This document shows positions 1 through 10,161 of a stretch of DNA of 64,000 bases, piece by piece. Positions within the stretch are counted from its first letter, which is position 1; each line of letters opens with the position of its first letter. The DNA is from Microbacteriaceae bacterium (lineage in GTDB: Bacteria > Actinomycetota > Actinomycetes > Actinomycetales > Microbacteriaceae), in NCBI GenBank assembly GCA_044353905.1, contig JBILBA010000005.1:2699-66698 (forward strand), written 5' to 3'. Made by a program: the position numbers and the translations under genes. A model generated the notes under the pieces. It was given only the letters and a program-made list of their open reading frames with translations. It made no database searches and was not told the origin of the DNA.

Positions 1-499
1 CATTCCACTGAGAGGCAGCGAGCAGGGCGTATTCAGCCGGTGCGCCCTCGACGGACTCGCGGGTTACCCCGAAAACCTTGGCCATCTCACCCGCGTGGGG
101 CGTCGCGACAATAAGCCCGGCGTGAGGCAACAGGCTCAGTGCGCCGGCATCAACGACGGTGGGTTTCCCCTCGTCCATCGCGCGGCGAGCTCGATTCATC
201 GACTCCGTGTCGGTGTCGGACATTCCGGAACCCACAACCCAGGCGGACACGGGTCCAGCACCGAGAACCGCCTCGGGGCGTCGAACGAGAAGCGGGCGGG
301 TTGCTTCTTCGGGGCCGACGTAACGAACCATGCCGATTCCGGTTGACAGCGCACCATCGACACCCAGAAGCGCGGCACCGGGGTAGGCGGTCGATCCGGT
401 CGCGAGCCCAACGACGCCGCGCGAGTATTTGTGGTCCTGTGCCGTGGGCGCGCGATACTCGAAAGCGGCTTCGCTCTCGTGAAAAATCTCGACACCCAT
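1..499 (-). CDS. NAD(P)H-hydrate dehydratase (YjeF C-terminal domain family), 3' end lies beyond window
   Basis: Runs off the window edge, so it is absent from the ORF track. My translation of the complement from ATG 497-499 is MGVEIFHESEAAFEYRAPTAQDHKYSRGVVGLATGSTAYPGAALLGVDGALSTGIGMVRYVGPEEA... This matches the DxHKxxRG / GSxxYxGAAxL opening typical of Nnr dehydratase domains. Confidence 0.6.
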   Translation of the reverse strand, partial: MGVEIFHESEAAFEYRAPTAQDHKYSRGVVGLATGSTAYPGAALLGVDGALSTGIGMVRYVGPEEATRPLLVRRPEAVLGAGPVSAWVVGSGMSDTDTESMNRARRAMDEGKPTVVDAGALSLLPHAGLIVATPHAGEMAKVFGVTRESVEGAPAEYALLAASQWN

Positions 500-531
500 G
501 GGACCAGCCTATTCCGCAGAGCGCGTGCCAT

Positions 532-561
532 AAACTATCAATCTGCAAACTATCAATCTGC
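532..561. repeat. perfect tandem direct repeat, 2 x 15 bp AAACTATCAATCTGC, in a divergent promoter region
   Basis: Read directly: 532-546 and 547-561 are identical. The repeat lies between the nnr-like start (499, minus) and the RBS GAAGGAG (564-570) of the OYE gene. Each unit carries a TATCAAT (-10-like) hexamer. Confidence 0.9.
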
Positions 562-574
562 CCGAAGGAGTCCG

Positions 575-1654
575 ATGAGCACCCCCGCCCTTTTTCAACC
601 GATGACGATTCGCGGTGTGACGTTTCGGAACCGAATCTGGCTGTCACCCCTGTGCGAGTATTCCGCCGAGACGGATGGCGTACCTACCGATTGGCACATG
701 GTCCATCTCGGTTCCTTCGCAATCGGGCGCGCAGGTCTCGTCATGGCCGAGGCGACGAGCATTAGTGCAGTGGGCCGCATCTCGCCTCACGACGTGGGTA
801 TCTGGAACGACGAGCAGGTTGCCGCGTGGAAGCGCATCACCGATTTCATTCACTCGCAGGGCGTCGTCGCGGGAGTGCAACTCGCGCACGCCGGTCGTAA
901 GGGCTCGACCGCCCCTGGTTGGGGAGTCGACTACGAGGATTCGACCCCTGCCGACCAGGGAGGGTGGACGACAGTCGCGCCCAGCGCCGTGGCGTTTGGT
1001 GACTACGACGTCCCCGAGGAATTGGATGCCGCGGGCATAGACGCCGTCGTGAACGACTGGGTTCACGCCGCGCGCCGCGCAATAGGAGCGGGATTCGACC
1101 TGGTCGAAATCCACGCCGCCCACGGTTACCTTCTGCACCAGTTTCTGTCCCCCCTTGCGAACGAGCGAACCGATGAATACGGCGGGTCTCTCGAGAATCG
1201 TGCCCGACTTCTGCGCCGAGTCGTTCAGGCGGTCCGTGAGGAAATTGGCGATACCGTCCCGCTGTTCGTCCGCGTGAGTGCAACCGACTGGGACGAGCGC
1301 GGTATCACCGTGACCGACGTCGCCACCGTTGCGGGGTGGCTCCACGACGATGGCGCCGACCTCATCGACACCTCTACAGGCGGAATTTCCCCCGGAATTC
1401 CGATTCCGACCGGACCCGGCTACCAGGTCGAGTTCGCGGACACGATTCGTCGAACCGCTGAGATGTCAACCAACGCCGTTGGCCTCATTACTCTTCCCGA
1501 GCAGGCGAACGAGATTGTCGAATCGGGCAAAGCTGACGCCGTGATGCTCGGCCGAGAACTCATGCGCGATCCGCACTTCGCACTGCGCGCCTCAACCGCT
1601 CTTGGCTTTACGCTTCCCTACTGGCCCGACCAGTACCTGCGCGCCCAGCCTTAA
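575..1654 (+). CDS. namA: NADH:flavin oxidoreductase / NADPH dehydrogenase, Old Yellow Enzyme (YqjM/NamA-like) family
   Basis: ORF 431..1654 trimmed to ATG 575, which is preceded by GAAGGAG. N-terminus MSTPALFQPMTIRGVTFRNRIWLSPLCEY, plus HAAHGYLLHQFLSP and the TIM-barrel OYE pattern. Confidence 0.8.
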   Translation: MSTPALFQPMTIRGVTFRNRIWLSPLCEYSAETDGVPTDWHMVHLGSFAIGRAGLVMAEATSISAVGRISPHDVGIWNDEQVAAWKRITDFIHSQGVVAGVQLAHAGRKGSTAPGWGVDYEDSTPADQGGWTTVAPSAVAFGDYDVPEELDAAGIDAVVNDWVHAARRAIGAGFDLVEIHAAHGYLLHQFLSPLANERTDEYGGSLENRARLLRRVVQAVREEIGDTVPLFVRVSATDWDERGITVTDVATVAGWLHDDGADLIDTSTGGISPGIPIPTGPGYQVEFADTIRRTAEMSTNAVGLITLPEQANEIVESGKADAVMLGRELMRDPHFALRASTALGFTLPYWPDQYLRAQP

Positions 1655-2688
1655 CGGCGGCGGGTCGCGTCTTGGACCTCGCCGATGAGTTCCTCGATGA
1701 TGTCTTCGAGGAACAAAAGGCCGACAGTCTCGCCACTGCGATCGAAGACCCGGGCAACGTGTGACCCGGTTCGACGCAACGTCGCGAGGGCGTCTTCGAG
1801 GTCGAGTCCGCGATACAACGACACGAGTAAACGAATCCGCTTCAGCGGGATTGGCTGATCGACCTCGTCATCGTCACGACCCAGGATGTCCTTGAGGTGG
1901 ACATAGCCGGACGGCTCGCCCGCGGCATCAAGCAGGACGTAGCGACTGAAACCACGTTGCGCGACTTCGCGTTCGACGTCGCTCGGACTTGCCCCTTCGG
2001 GGAGCGTCACGATTTCGGACAGCGGAACGACGATGTCGTCGACCTTCTTTGTCGTGAATTCAATCGTCGCCGACACCGCTCCCGCGACATCGTCGAGCTT
2101 TCCTTCTTTTTGTGATTGCTGGACGATGGTCGCCATCTCTTCGAGGGTGTACACCGACTGCGCTTCGTCTTTCGGCTCGGTTCCCGTCATTCGAACCAAG
2201 ACGTTCGACACGGCGTTGAGAGAGGCGATGACGGGAGTGAACAACCACGCAACAGCCGAGAGGGCGGGTGCGAGAATGAGCACGGCGCGATCGGGAACCG
2301 AGAAAGCGATGTTTTTGGGAACCATTTCACCGATCACGACGTGGAGTACCGTCACAATCAGAATCGCGGCGATCAGCGCCGAAACGGAAATCACCTCTTT
2401 GGGAAGCGACGTCCCGTACAGCAACCCTTCGATCAAGTGGTGAATCGCGGGTTCTGAAACACTCAAAATCATGATCGAACACACGGTGATTCCGAGTTGG
2501 CTCGTCGCAAGCATGAACGACGCCCGCTCCATGGCGCGAAGCGAAACCTTGGCCGCCCAGGAACCGGACTCTGCGAGTGGCTCGATTTGAGATCGGCGGG
2601 CGGCGATCACCGCGAACTCGGCTCCGACAAAAAAAGCGTTCGCTGCGAGCAGCACGACGAGCCAGATGATTCCGTCGAGATCACTCAT
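1651..2688 (-). CDS. hemolysin/CNNM family membrane protein (DUF21 + CBS pair)
   Basis: 345 aa. N-terminal DUF21 TM region (GAEFAVIAARRSQIE, LATSQLGIT) is followed by CBS-like domains. Overlaps the upstream paralogue by 8 nt. Confidence 0.8.
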   Translation of the reverse strand: MSDLDGIIWLVVLLAANAFFVGAEFAVIAARRSQIEPLAESGSWAAKVSLRAMERASFMLATSQLGITVCSIMILSVSEPAIHHLIEGLLYGTSLPKEVISVSALIAAILIVTVLHVVIGEMVPKNIAFSVPDRAVLILAPALSAVAWLFTPVIASLNAVSNVLVRMTGTEPKDEAQSVYTLEEMATIVQQSQKEGKLDDVAGAVSATIEFTTKKVDDIVVPLSEIVTLPEGASPSDVEREVAQRGFSRYVLLDAAGEPSGYVHLKDILGRDDDEVDQPIPLKRIRLLVSLYRGLDLEDALATLRRTGSHVARVFDRSGETVGLLFLEDIIEELIGEVQDATRRR

Positions 2689-3985
2689 CGGTTTCCCCCG
2701 TCACGACGAACCGGACACGATCGATTCGGCGACCGTCCATGCGTTCCACCACGAAACGTCCGCCGCACGCGTCGAGGGACGCGCCGACCGCCGGGATATA
2801 GCCCCATTCACTCAAGAGGAATCCGCCCACCGTTTCCCATGGGCCGTCGTCGGGGACGTCGATGTTGGCACGTTCACGGAGTTCGTCTGGCCGGAGCGAG
2901 GCGGGGAACGTCACGGTGTCACCCATTTTGACCACGTCCGCTTTGGTGCGGTCGTGTTCGTCACTGACCTCTCCGATCAATTCTTCGATGAGGTCTTCGA
3001 GTGTCGCGATCCCCGCCGTGCCGCCGTATTCGTCCACGACGATCGACATCTGGTAGCCGCCCTGGCGCAATTCGCCGAGGAGAACATCGAGGTGCATCGT
3101 CTCGGGGACTCGAAGGGCTTCTCCCTGAAGAGCGCCGACCGGGACCTCGGACCGACGGTCGCGCGGAACAGCGACGGCGTGCTTGACGTGCACAATTCCG
3201 ACGATGTCGTCGGCGTCTTCATCGATAACAGGGAATCGCGAATACCCCGTCTTTCGGGTCAAAGCGATGACGTCGTCCGCCGAGTCGCCCACACGAATGG
3301 TGGCGACGCGCGTGCGGGGGGTCATGATGTCTTGGGCTTCGTGGTTCGTGAACGACAACGCTTTACCCAACAGGGTTGCGGTGTCCTCTTCCATCGTTCC
3401 GTGCATCGAACTGTGACGAACCGCGGACGCCAATTCCTCTGCGGTTCGCGCCGACGACAACTCTTCTTTCGGTTCGATTCCCATGGCACGGACAATCCCA
3501 TTGGACATGTTCACGAGAAACAACACGAACGGGGAGAACAGCCAGGTGAAAGCGAGTTGGAACGGCGCAACGATCTTGACGACGCGGCGAGGAACAGCAA
3601 GAGCAAGATTCTTGGGGAACAACTCCCCGACAATCATCGAAAGGATGGTCGCGATGAGAATCGCGACGACTGCCGAGACCGTGTCGGCCACTCCCGCGCC
3701 GAGACCCCACCCTAAGAGCACGGGGGCGAGGAGGCTGCTGATTGCCGGCTCCATCAACCAACCTGTCAAAAGAGTGGTAATCGTGATACCGAGTTGGGCC
3801 GACGACAGGTGCGTCGACGTCCTCGTCAGTGCGCGAATGGCGAGGGTAAAACCTTTTTCACCGGCGTCGCGGCGGGCCTCAAGGTCGGGGCGATCGAGCG
3901 AGACGAGCGCGAATTCCGACGCAACGAAGAATCCTGTGCCGACGGTGAGCAACACGCCGATCCCGATTAAAACCCATTCGTTCAT
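2681..3985 (-). CDS. hemolysin/CNNM family membrane protein (DUF21 + CBS + CorC_HlyC)
   Basis: 434 aa. Contains ASEFALVSLDR, SSAQLGITITTLL, GELFPKN, a CBS pair and a C-terminal transporter-associated domain. Confidence 0.8.
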   Translation of the reverse strand: MNEWVLIGIGVLLTVGTGFFVASEFALVSLDRPDLEARRDAGEKGFTLAIRALTRTSTHLSSAQLGITITTLLTGWLMEPAISSLLAPVLLGWGLGAGVADTVSAVVAILIATILSMIVGELFPKNLALAVPRRVVKIVAPFQLAFTWLFSPFVLFLVNMSNGIVRAMGIEPKEELSSARTAEELASAVRHSSMHGTMEEDTATLLGKALSFTNHEAQDIMTPRTRVATIRVGDSADDVIALTRKTGYSRFPVIDEDADDIVGIVHVKHAVAVPRDRRSEVPVGALQGEALRVPETMHLDVLLGELRQGGYQMSIVVDEYGGTAGIATLEDLIEELIGEVSDEHDRTKADVVKMGDTVTFPASLRPDELRERANIDVPDDGPWETVGGFLLSEWGYIPAVGASLDACGGRFVVERMDGRRIDRVRFVVTGETDE

Positions 3986-4165
3986 GCGACACCCACCGTG
4001 AAACTGTTGGCGAGTGTCAACTGACTATGCGGGAGGTCCATGCCTCAAGTATAGATTGTGGATTTCCCGAACCGAAGTGTGCAAACCCTCCAGTCGCGGG
4101 ACTAGGCTAGATAGCGGTAGCACGAGCCTGCCGTCGAATTTCCAGCAACGAGGTGACCATCCACA

Positions 4166-7100
4166 GTGTCCAGTGACGGAGCAACTGACCTGAGCAGCGA
4201 AGATTTCGGAGCCAACGATTGGCTTGTTGAAGAAATGTACGAGGCGTGGGTGAAGGATCCGGCTTCGGTTGACCCGTCGTGGGTACCCACCCTCGAAACC
4301 TACGCGGCAAAACTCGCCGGCGGAGTGGCCCCTTCGGCACCAGCCGCCCCCGCCACCGAAGCCCCCGCGTTCGACCCGAACGTGACCGGGCCGATTACGG
4401 CGTTGCAGCCAGCGTCGCGCACCACCTCGGCCATGCCGACCGAAACTCCGATTCCCGCACAGGCACCAGGAACCTCACGTCCGTCGGATTCGACCGACGA
4501 GAACACGGTGACCTCTCTCAAGGGAATGTCGAAGGCTCTCGCCGCAAACATGGACGCGAGTCTCACTGTCCCGACGGCCACGAGCGTGCGCACGATTCCC
4601 GCCAAACTCATGATTGACAATCGAATCGTCATCAACAACCACCTCCGCCGGACTCGCGGTGGAAAGGTGTCGTTCACCCACATCATCGGGTGGGCCATGA
4701 TTCGAGCCCTCAAAACGTTCCCGTCGCAAAACGTGTTCTATGACGAGCCAGACGGAGTGCCGTCGTTGGTTATTCCCGCGCACATCAACCTCGGACTCGC
4801 GATCGATATCCCCAAGCCCGACGGAAGTCGCGCACTTGTCGTCCCCGGAATCAAGAAGGCCGAGCAGATGAGCTTTGCCGACTTCCTCGAGGCCTATGAA
4901 GACGTCGTTGCTCGCGCTCGCGCCAACAAACTCACCGCCGACGATTTCGCGGGAAACACCGTGTCCCTCACAAACCCCGGCGGAATCGGGACCGTACATT
5001 CGGTGCCGCGTCTCATGCGCGGTCAGGGCTGCATCATCGGCGCCGGCGCACTTGATTACCCGGCCGAATTCCAGGGGTCGTCCGAAACCGTACTTTTCGA
5101 CCTTGGCATTTCGAAGACCATCACGCTGACCTCCACCTATGACCACCGCGTGATTCAAGGCGCGGGGTCCGGTGAGTTCCTCAAGATTGTTCACGGTCTC
5201 TTAATCGGTGAAGACGGTTTCTACGAGGACATTTTCGCAGCACTGCGTATCCCCTACATACCGATTCGTTGGTCTCAAGACATCAAGGTCGATGTCTCGG
5301 ATGAAATCAACAAGACCGCGCGCGTGCAAGAACTGGTCGACGCGTATCGCGTTCGCGGCCACCGCATGGCCGATATCGATCCGCTTCAGTACCAACAACG
5401 AACTCACCCCGACCTGGAAATCGAGAACCACGGGCTGACGTTTTGGGATCTTGATCGTGAGTTCGTCGTCGGCGGACTCGCCGGTCGCCGCACCATGTTG
5501 TTACGCGAAGTTCTCGGTCTTCTGCGCGATTCGTATTGTCGAACGGTCGGTGTCGAATACACGCACCTCCAGGACCCCGAACAACGCGCGTGGTTCCAAG
5601 AAGTCCTCGAACAGCCGTATGAGAAACCGACGCACGACGAACAGATGCGCATCCTCGACCGGTTGAACCAGGCCGAAGCGTTCGAAACGTTCCTGCAGAC
5701 CAAGTTCGTCGGGCAAAAGCGTTTCTCGCTCGAAGGTGGCGAATCCATCATCGCCCTCCTCGATGAAATCATCCAAGACGCGGCCGATTTTGAACTCGAC
5801 GAGGTTGACATCGGTATGGCTCACCGCGGTCGCCTCAACGTTCTCGCCAACATTGCAGGTAAGACGTACGGCCAGATTTTCCGCGAGTTCGAAGGCACGA
5901 CGGACACGAGCACCGTTCAGGGTTCCGGTGACGTGAAATACCACCTGGGAACCAAGGGTGAATTCACCACGGCCACGGGACAGAAGATTCCGGTCTACCT
6001 CGCGGCCAACCCATCGCACCTCGAGGCGGTCAACGGTGTTCTCGAAGGCATCGTGCGAGCCAAACAGGACCACAAGCCGATCGCGTCGTTCACAGTCCTA
6101 CCGATTCTCGTGCACGGTGACGCGGCGATGGCGGGTCAGGGTGTCGTCATCGAAACGATGCAGATGGCCCAACTCCGCGGATACCGCACGGGTGGAACAA
6201 TCCACGTGGTCGCCAACAACCAGGTCGGATTCACGACTCTGCCGAAAGACTCTCGGACGTCGCTGTACTCAACCGACGTTGCGCGATCGATTCAGGCTCC
6301 CATCTTCCACGTCAACGGTGACGACCCCGAGGCCGTCGTCCGCGTCGCCAAGCTCGCAGTCCTCTACCGCCAAAAGTTCAAACACGATGTGGTCATCGAC
6401 GTCGTCTGTTACCGTCGTCGCGGCCACAACGAGGGCGACGATCCGTCGATGACACAGCCGCTCATGTACAACCTCATCGAAGCGAAACGTTCGGTTCGTA
6501 CGCTGTACGCCGAGGCGCTCGTCGGCCGTGGTGACATCACCCAAGAAGAGTACGACGCCGTTCAGGCCAAGTTCCTTGGGCTGTTGGAACAGTCCTTCAG
6601 CGACACCCACGACGACGACGACGCGCCCGCCACCATCTCGAACGGGGCACCGACCGCATCCCAGGTTCAGCGGCACCCGCAATCGACCGCGGTCGATTCG
6701 TCCGTCATCCACCGAATCGGAGACGCACACGGCGCTCCGCCCGAGGGATTCACGGTGCACCCCAAGCTCGAACAATTGTTGGCAAAGCGAATCGACATGA
6801 GCCGCAACGGCGACATCGATTGGGGTTTCGGCGAACTTCTCGCGCTTGGGTCGCTCTTGCTCGAGGGTAAAAAAGTTCGATTCGCCGGTCAAGACTCGCG
6901 ACGCGGCACGTTCGTTCAGCGCCATGCGGTGTTACACGATCGCGTGAACGGCCAGGAATGGCTGCCACTCATGAATCTCTCTGACAACCAGGGTCGTTTC
7001 TATATCTATGACTCACTTCTTTCCGAATACGCCGCGATGGCCTACGAATACGGGTACACCGTCGGAAACCCGGACGCGCTCGTTCTGTGGGAAGCGCAGT

Positions 7101-7831
7101 TCGGCGATTTCGCCAACGGGGCGCAAACCGTCATCGACGAATTCATTTCCTCTTCCGAACAGAAGTGGGGACAGAATTCAGGTCTCGTCTTGTTGCTGCC
7201 CCACGGCTACGAAGGACAAGGGCCAGACCACTCGTCGGCGCGAATCGAGCGATTCTTGCAGTTAGCCGCCGAAGGGAACATGACCATTGCGCGCCCCTCG
7301 ACACCGGCGTCGTATTTCCACCTCTTGAGGCGACAGGCCTACGCACAGCCTCAACGTCCACTTATTGTGTTCACTCCGAAGGCGATGTTGCGGCTTCGCG
7401 GCGCGACGAGCAACGTCGACGACTTCACCACCGGCACGTTCGAGCCCGTGCTCGATGATCGGAGCATCGAAGGTCAATCGCGTCGTGTGATCCTTCACTC
7501 GGGCAAGATCCACTACGACCTCCTCGCCGAGCGCGAAAAACGCGCACTGTCGGGGGTGGCGTTGGTTCGCCTCGAGCAGTTCTACCCGTTCCCCGAAGAC
7601 CAACTGCGCGCAATTGTCGATCGACACCAAGGCTCAGAACTCGTCTGGGTGCAGGACGAACCCGAGAACCAGGGTGCGTGGCCGTTCATCGCACTCGAGA
7701 TGCGTCGCCTCGGACTCGACGGGGTGCGAGTCGTCTCGCGGCCCGCGTCGGCATCCCCGGCAACCGGCTCATCCTCGCGTTCCGCCGAGGAACACGCCGC
7801 CGTCATGGACGGCGCATTCCAGGGGCTCTAG
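4166..7831 (+). CDS. kgd: multifunctional 2-oxoglutarate decarboxylase/dehydrogenase E1 with fused E2-like acyltransferase domain
   Basis: 1221 aa, GTG start. N-terminus FGANDWLVEEMYEAW, E2-like core (DHRVIQGA), then the TPP-dependent E1 region (MAHRGRLNVLAN, LLLPHGYEGQGPDHSS). This is the typical actinobacterial Kgd/OdhA architecture. Confidence 0.9.
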   Translation: MSSDGATDLSSEDFGANDWLVEEMYEAWVKDPASVDPSWVPTLETYAAKLAGGVAPSAPAAPATEAPAFDPNVTGPITALQPASRTTSAMPTETPIPAQAPGTSRPSDSTDENTVTSLKGMSKALAANMDASLTVPTATSVRTIPAKLMIDNRIVINNHLRRTRGGKVSFTHIIGWAMIRALKTFPSQNVFYDEPDGVPSLVIPAHINLGLAIDIPKPDGSRALVVPGIKKAEQMSFADFLEAYEDVVARARANKLTADDFAGNTVSLTNPGGIGTVHSVPRLMRGQGCIIGAGALDYPAEFQGSSETVLFDLGISKTITLTSTYDHRVIQGAGSGEFLKIVHGLLIGEDGFYEDIFAALRIPYIPIRWSQDIKVDVSDEINKTARVQELVDAYRVRGHRMADIDPLQYQQRTHPDLEIENHGLTFWDLDREFVVGGLAGRRTMLLREVLGLLRDSYCRTVGVEYTHLQDPEQRAWFQEVLEQPYEKPTHDEQMRILDRLNQAEAFETFLQTKFVGQKRFSLEGGESIIALLDEIIQDAADFELDEVDIGMAHRGRLNVLANIAGKTYGQIFREFEGTTDTSTVQGSGDVKYHLGTKGEFTTATGQKIPVYLAANPSHLEAVNGVLEGIVRAKQDHKPIASFTVLPILVHGDAAMAGQGVVIETMQMAQLRGYRTGGTIHVVANNQVGFTTLPKDSRTSLYSTDVARSIQAPIFHVNGDDPEAVVRVAKLAVLYRQKFKHDVVIDVVCYRRRGHNEGDDPSMTQPLMYNLIEAKRSVRTLYAEALVGRGDITQEEYDAVQAKFLGLLEQSFSDTHDDDDAPATISNGAPTASQVQRHPQSTAVDSSVIHRIGDAHGAPPEGFTVHPKLEQLLAKRIDMSRNGDIDWGFGELLALGSLLLEGKKVRFAGQDSRRGTFVQRHAVLHDRVNGQEWLPLMNLSDNQGRFYIYDSLLSEYAAMAYEYGYTVGNPDALVLWEAQFGDFANGAQTVIDEFISSSEQKWGQNSGLVLLLPHGYEGQGPDHSSARIERFLQLAAEGNMTIARPSTPASYFHLLRRQAYAQPQRPLIVFTPKAMLRLRGATSNVDDFTTGTFEPVLDDRSIEGQSRRVILHSGKIHYDLLAEREKRALSGVALVRLEQFYPFPEDQLRAIVDRHQGSELVWVQDEPENQGAWPFIALEMRRLGLDGVRVVSRPASASPATGSSSRSAEEHAAVMDGAFQGL

Positions 7832-7852
7832 CGAGTTTCGGCGGACAGCGTT

Positions 7853-8110
7853 TTACGCGTCGACAATTCCATTCTGATTCTTCAGTGAATTGAGAATTGA
7901 GATTCGTAAATTTTCTGGGGCGGGTTCCGCACACGCCGCTCTGAAGCGATCGGTCAATTTTTCCAAAACAACAATTTCGGCTTGACAACTCTCGCAGGAC
8001 GCACAGTGTTCACTGACGTCGGCACATTCAATTTCCGTCAATTCACGGTCAATGAGGATGTCCATCCGCTGTCGGGCGGATTCACAGCCACAATCGCGAT
8101 TCATGTCCAT
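7853..8110 (-). CDS. rshA: zinc-binding anti-sigma factor (ZAS family, RsrA/RshA-like)
   Basis: 85 aa with an HxxxCxxC motif (EHCASCESC) plus N-terminal Cys residues. Its ATG overlaps the sigma-factor stop as TAATG. Confidence 0.75.
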   Translation of the reverse strand: MDMNRDCGCESARQRMDILIDRELTEIECADVSEHCASCESCQAEIVVLEKLTDRFRAACAEPAPENLRISILNSLKNQNGIVDA

Positions 8111-8766
8111 TAGATTCCCATTTCTTTCTTGTGTGTGAGCACGAGCTCTTTGAGGATGGTGCGGCCTCGGTTCACGCGGGTGAGCATCGTGTTCAGCGGT
8201 ACCCCGACCTTGTCGGCCGCATCCTGGTAGGGCATTTCTTCCAGAATGACTAACTTGAGGGCGGACCGGAAGGGTTCGCGCACCTCGTCGAACAACGCCC
8301 GAATCTCGTCGAACGTGACCGATTCGATCACGGCGCTCTCGGCGCTTCGCGCGGAATAGGCGGGCCCATCCATGACGATTCCCATGTCGCCGAACAGAAT
8401 GGGCTCGTTCTTTTCCTTGCGGCGAAGGTTGTAGGCCGTGTTGGTGATGATTTTTTTGAGCCAGCCCAGCGCGTACGTGCCCTGAGTGTAGGTGTCCCAG
8501 TTCTGGTAGGCCTTACCCATGGCGGTCTGGAGGACTTCTTCGACCTGTTGCTTGGCAAGATTGAGGCGGTCGATTTCATACACCGTGTGACGGTACAAAC
8601 GGGGGTACACCGAGTTGTAGACGTCTTCGAACGAACCACGATTGACGTAGTTCGTTTCGATTTCGGACGGATCCCACTCGAGAGAGCCGGGAATAACGAT
8701 GTCTTCGGCGTTTGCTTCTTCCCCAGCGAGGATGTCGTTGTCCTCGGGGGTTTCATTGGTAACCAT
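8110..8766 (-). CDS. sigH: ECF-type RNA polymerase sigma factor (SigH/SigR-like)
   Basis: ORF-track 318-aa ORF trimmed to ATG 8764-8766 (MVTNETPED...). The upstream part overlaps aroA antisense and looks like non-protein sequence. Sigma region 2 (YPRLYRHTVYE, ALGWLKKIITNTAYNLRR) and region 4 HTH (MPYQDAADKVGVPLNTMLTRVNRGR). The sigH-rshA-aroA-rsgA order matches M. tuberculosis. Confidence 0.75.
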   Translation of the reverse strand: MVTNETPEDNDILAGEEANAEDIVIPGSLEWDPSEIETNYVNRGSFEDVYNSVYPRLYRHTVYEIDRLNLAKQQVEEVLQTAMGKAYQNWDTYTQGTYALGWLKKIITNTAYNLRRKEKNEPILFGDMGIVMDGPAYSARSAESAVIESVTFDEIRALFDEVREPFRSALKLVILEEMPYQDAADKVGVPLNTMLTRVNRGRTILKELVLTHKKEMGI

Positions 8767-8838
8767 TGCTCGTGATTCTATGGCGTACTCCTTCTCTTCT
8801 GCCCTTGTGGGGCTTTTCCTCGCGTAGAGTCGAAACCA

Positions 8839-10161
8839 ATGACGTCCCGCGTTTATTCCCGAGAGAGCGAAAATTGGGTCGCGCCGCGCGCAACCTCTCC
8901 GCTCCGCGCGGTTGTTCCCATTCCGGGAAGCAAAAGCCTCACCAACCGCGAGTTGGTGCTTGCCGCCCTGTCCGATCATCCCTCGGTGATTCACCGTCCA
9001 CTTCGATCGCGAGATTCGGCTCTGATGATGGACGCCCTCGGTCAGCTCGGTGTTGAGTGTCGTCAAAGTGTAGACGGGGGGTCGGACACGTTACTCGTGT
9101 CCCCCGCGGATTTCGCCGGAGGCGTCACGATTGACTGCGGATTAGCGGGAACCGTGATGCGGTTCGTCCCGCCAATCGCGGCCTTGGCTAACGGCCCGGT
9201 GACATTCGATGGCGACGACGGGGCTCGGCGGCGCCCGATGGCGACAACAATTGACAGCCTGCGAAAATTGGGCGTCGAGGTTGACGACGACGGTCGCGGA
9301 ATGTTGCCGTTCACGGTTCACGGAACCGGCCGCGTGGCCGGCGGCGACATCTCGATCGACGCATCGCAGTCGAGCCAGTTCGTGTCTGGGTTGCTTCTCG
9401 CCGGTGCACGGTTCACCAACGGGCTAACTCTTCGCCACTCGGGCGACCACCTTCCGTCCATGCCCCACATCGAGATGACCATCGCGTGCCTTCGCGCCCG
9501 TGGCGTCACCGTCACCGAACCCGAGCGCGGCGTCTGGCGTGTCGAGCCAGGCCCGATTTCCGCAATCGACATCGAGATCGAACCAGACCTCTCAAACGCC
9601 GCACCGTTCCTCGCGGCGGCGCTCGTTGCCGGAGGCACGGTCACCATCCCTCAGTGGCCAGCTCACACGACCCAGGTCGGCGACGACCTCGGTGGGTACT
9701 TCGAGGAATTCGGCGCGACGGTCACGCGAGACGATCGAGGTCTCACCGTCGATGGCGGTCCAGGGGTTCGTGGAGGACGGCCAATCCGCGGTGTGAGCCT
9801 CGACCTGTCGACCGGCGGCGAACTGGCTCCCGCTCTCATTGCACTCGCGGCTCTCGCCGATTCGCCATCGACGTTCACCGGGATCGCTCACCTGCGTGGT
9901 CACGAAACCGATCGGCTCGCGGCGCTCGTGACCGAAATCAATCGGCTCGGCGGTAACGCAACCGAGTTGCCCGACGGTATCCACCTGGAACCCGCGCCAC
10001 TGCACGGTGGTGAGTGGCAGAGCTATCACGACCATCGCATGGCGACCGCCGGCGCCATCATCGGTTTGGCCGTCGATGGGGTCCACGTCGAGAACATCGG
10101 CACAACCGCCAAGACGCTTCCGGAATTCACCGCGATGTGGACGGCGATGCTCGACTCATGA
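8839..10161 (+). CDS. aroA: 3-phosphoshikimate 1-carboxyvinyltransferase (EPSP synthase)
   Basis: 440 aa. Contains PGSKSLTNRELVLAAL, LAGTVMRFV, RRRPM and DHRMATAGAIIGL. Confidence 0.92.
   Translation: MTSRVYSRESENWVAPRATSPLRAVVPIPGSKSLTNRELVLAALSDHPSVIHRPLRSRDSALMMDALGQLGVECRQSVDGGSDTLLVSPADFAGGVTIDCGLAGTVMRFVPPIAALANGPVTFDGDDGARRRPMATTIDSLRKLGVEVDDDGRGMLPFTVHGTGRVAGGDISIDASQSSQFVSGLLLAGARFTNGLTLRHSGDHLPSMPHIEMTIACLRARGVTVTEPERGVWRVEPGPISAIDIEIEPDLSNAAPFLAAALVAGGTVTIPQWPAHTTQVGDDLGGYFEEFGATVTRDDRGLTVDGGPGVRGGRPIRGVSLDLSTGGELAPALIALAALADSPSTFTGIAHLRGHETDRLAALVTEINRLGGNATELPDGIHLEPAPLHGGEWQSYHDHRMATAGAIIGLAVDGVHVENIGTTAKTLPEFTAMWTAMLDS

Noticed and set aside
2666-3715. 349-aa plus-strand ORF overlapping the CNNM gene. 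Similar shadow ORFs are 11157..12266 (-), 10026..10904 (-), 37292..38149 (-), 59572..60858 (+), 51055..52056 (-) and 30496..31443 (+)
   Set aside because: All lie fully inside well-supported genes on the other strand. Their composition is Arg/His/Asp-rich and non-protein-like, with no recognisable motifs.
8767-8838. Searched the sigH upstream region for a SigH/SigR-type autoregulatory promoter (GGAA-N18-GTT)
   Set aside because: A GGAA is present, but no GTT lies at the right spacing, so I could not support a promoter call.
8767-9066. N-terminal 100 aa of the 318-aa ORF-track version of the sigma factor
   Set aside because: The extension overlaps aroA on the opposite strand and has no sigma-factor similarity. 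The protein reads as a complete ECF sigma from the ATG at 8766.
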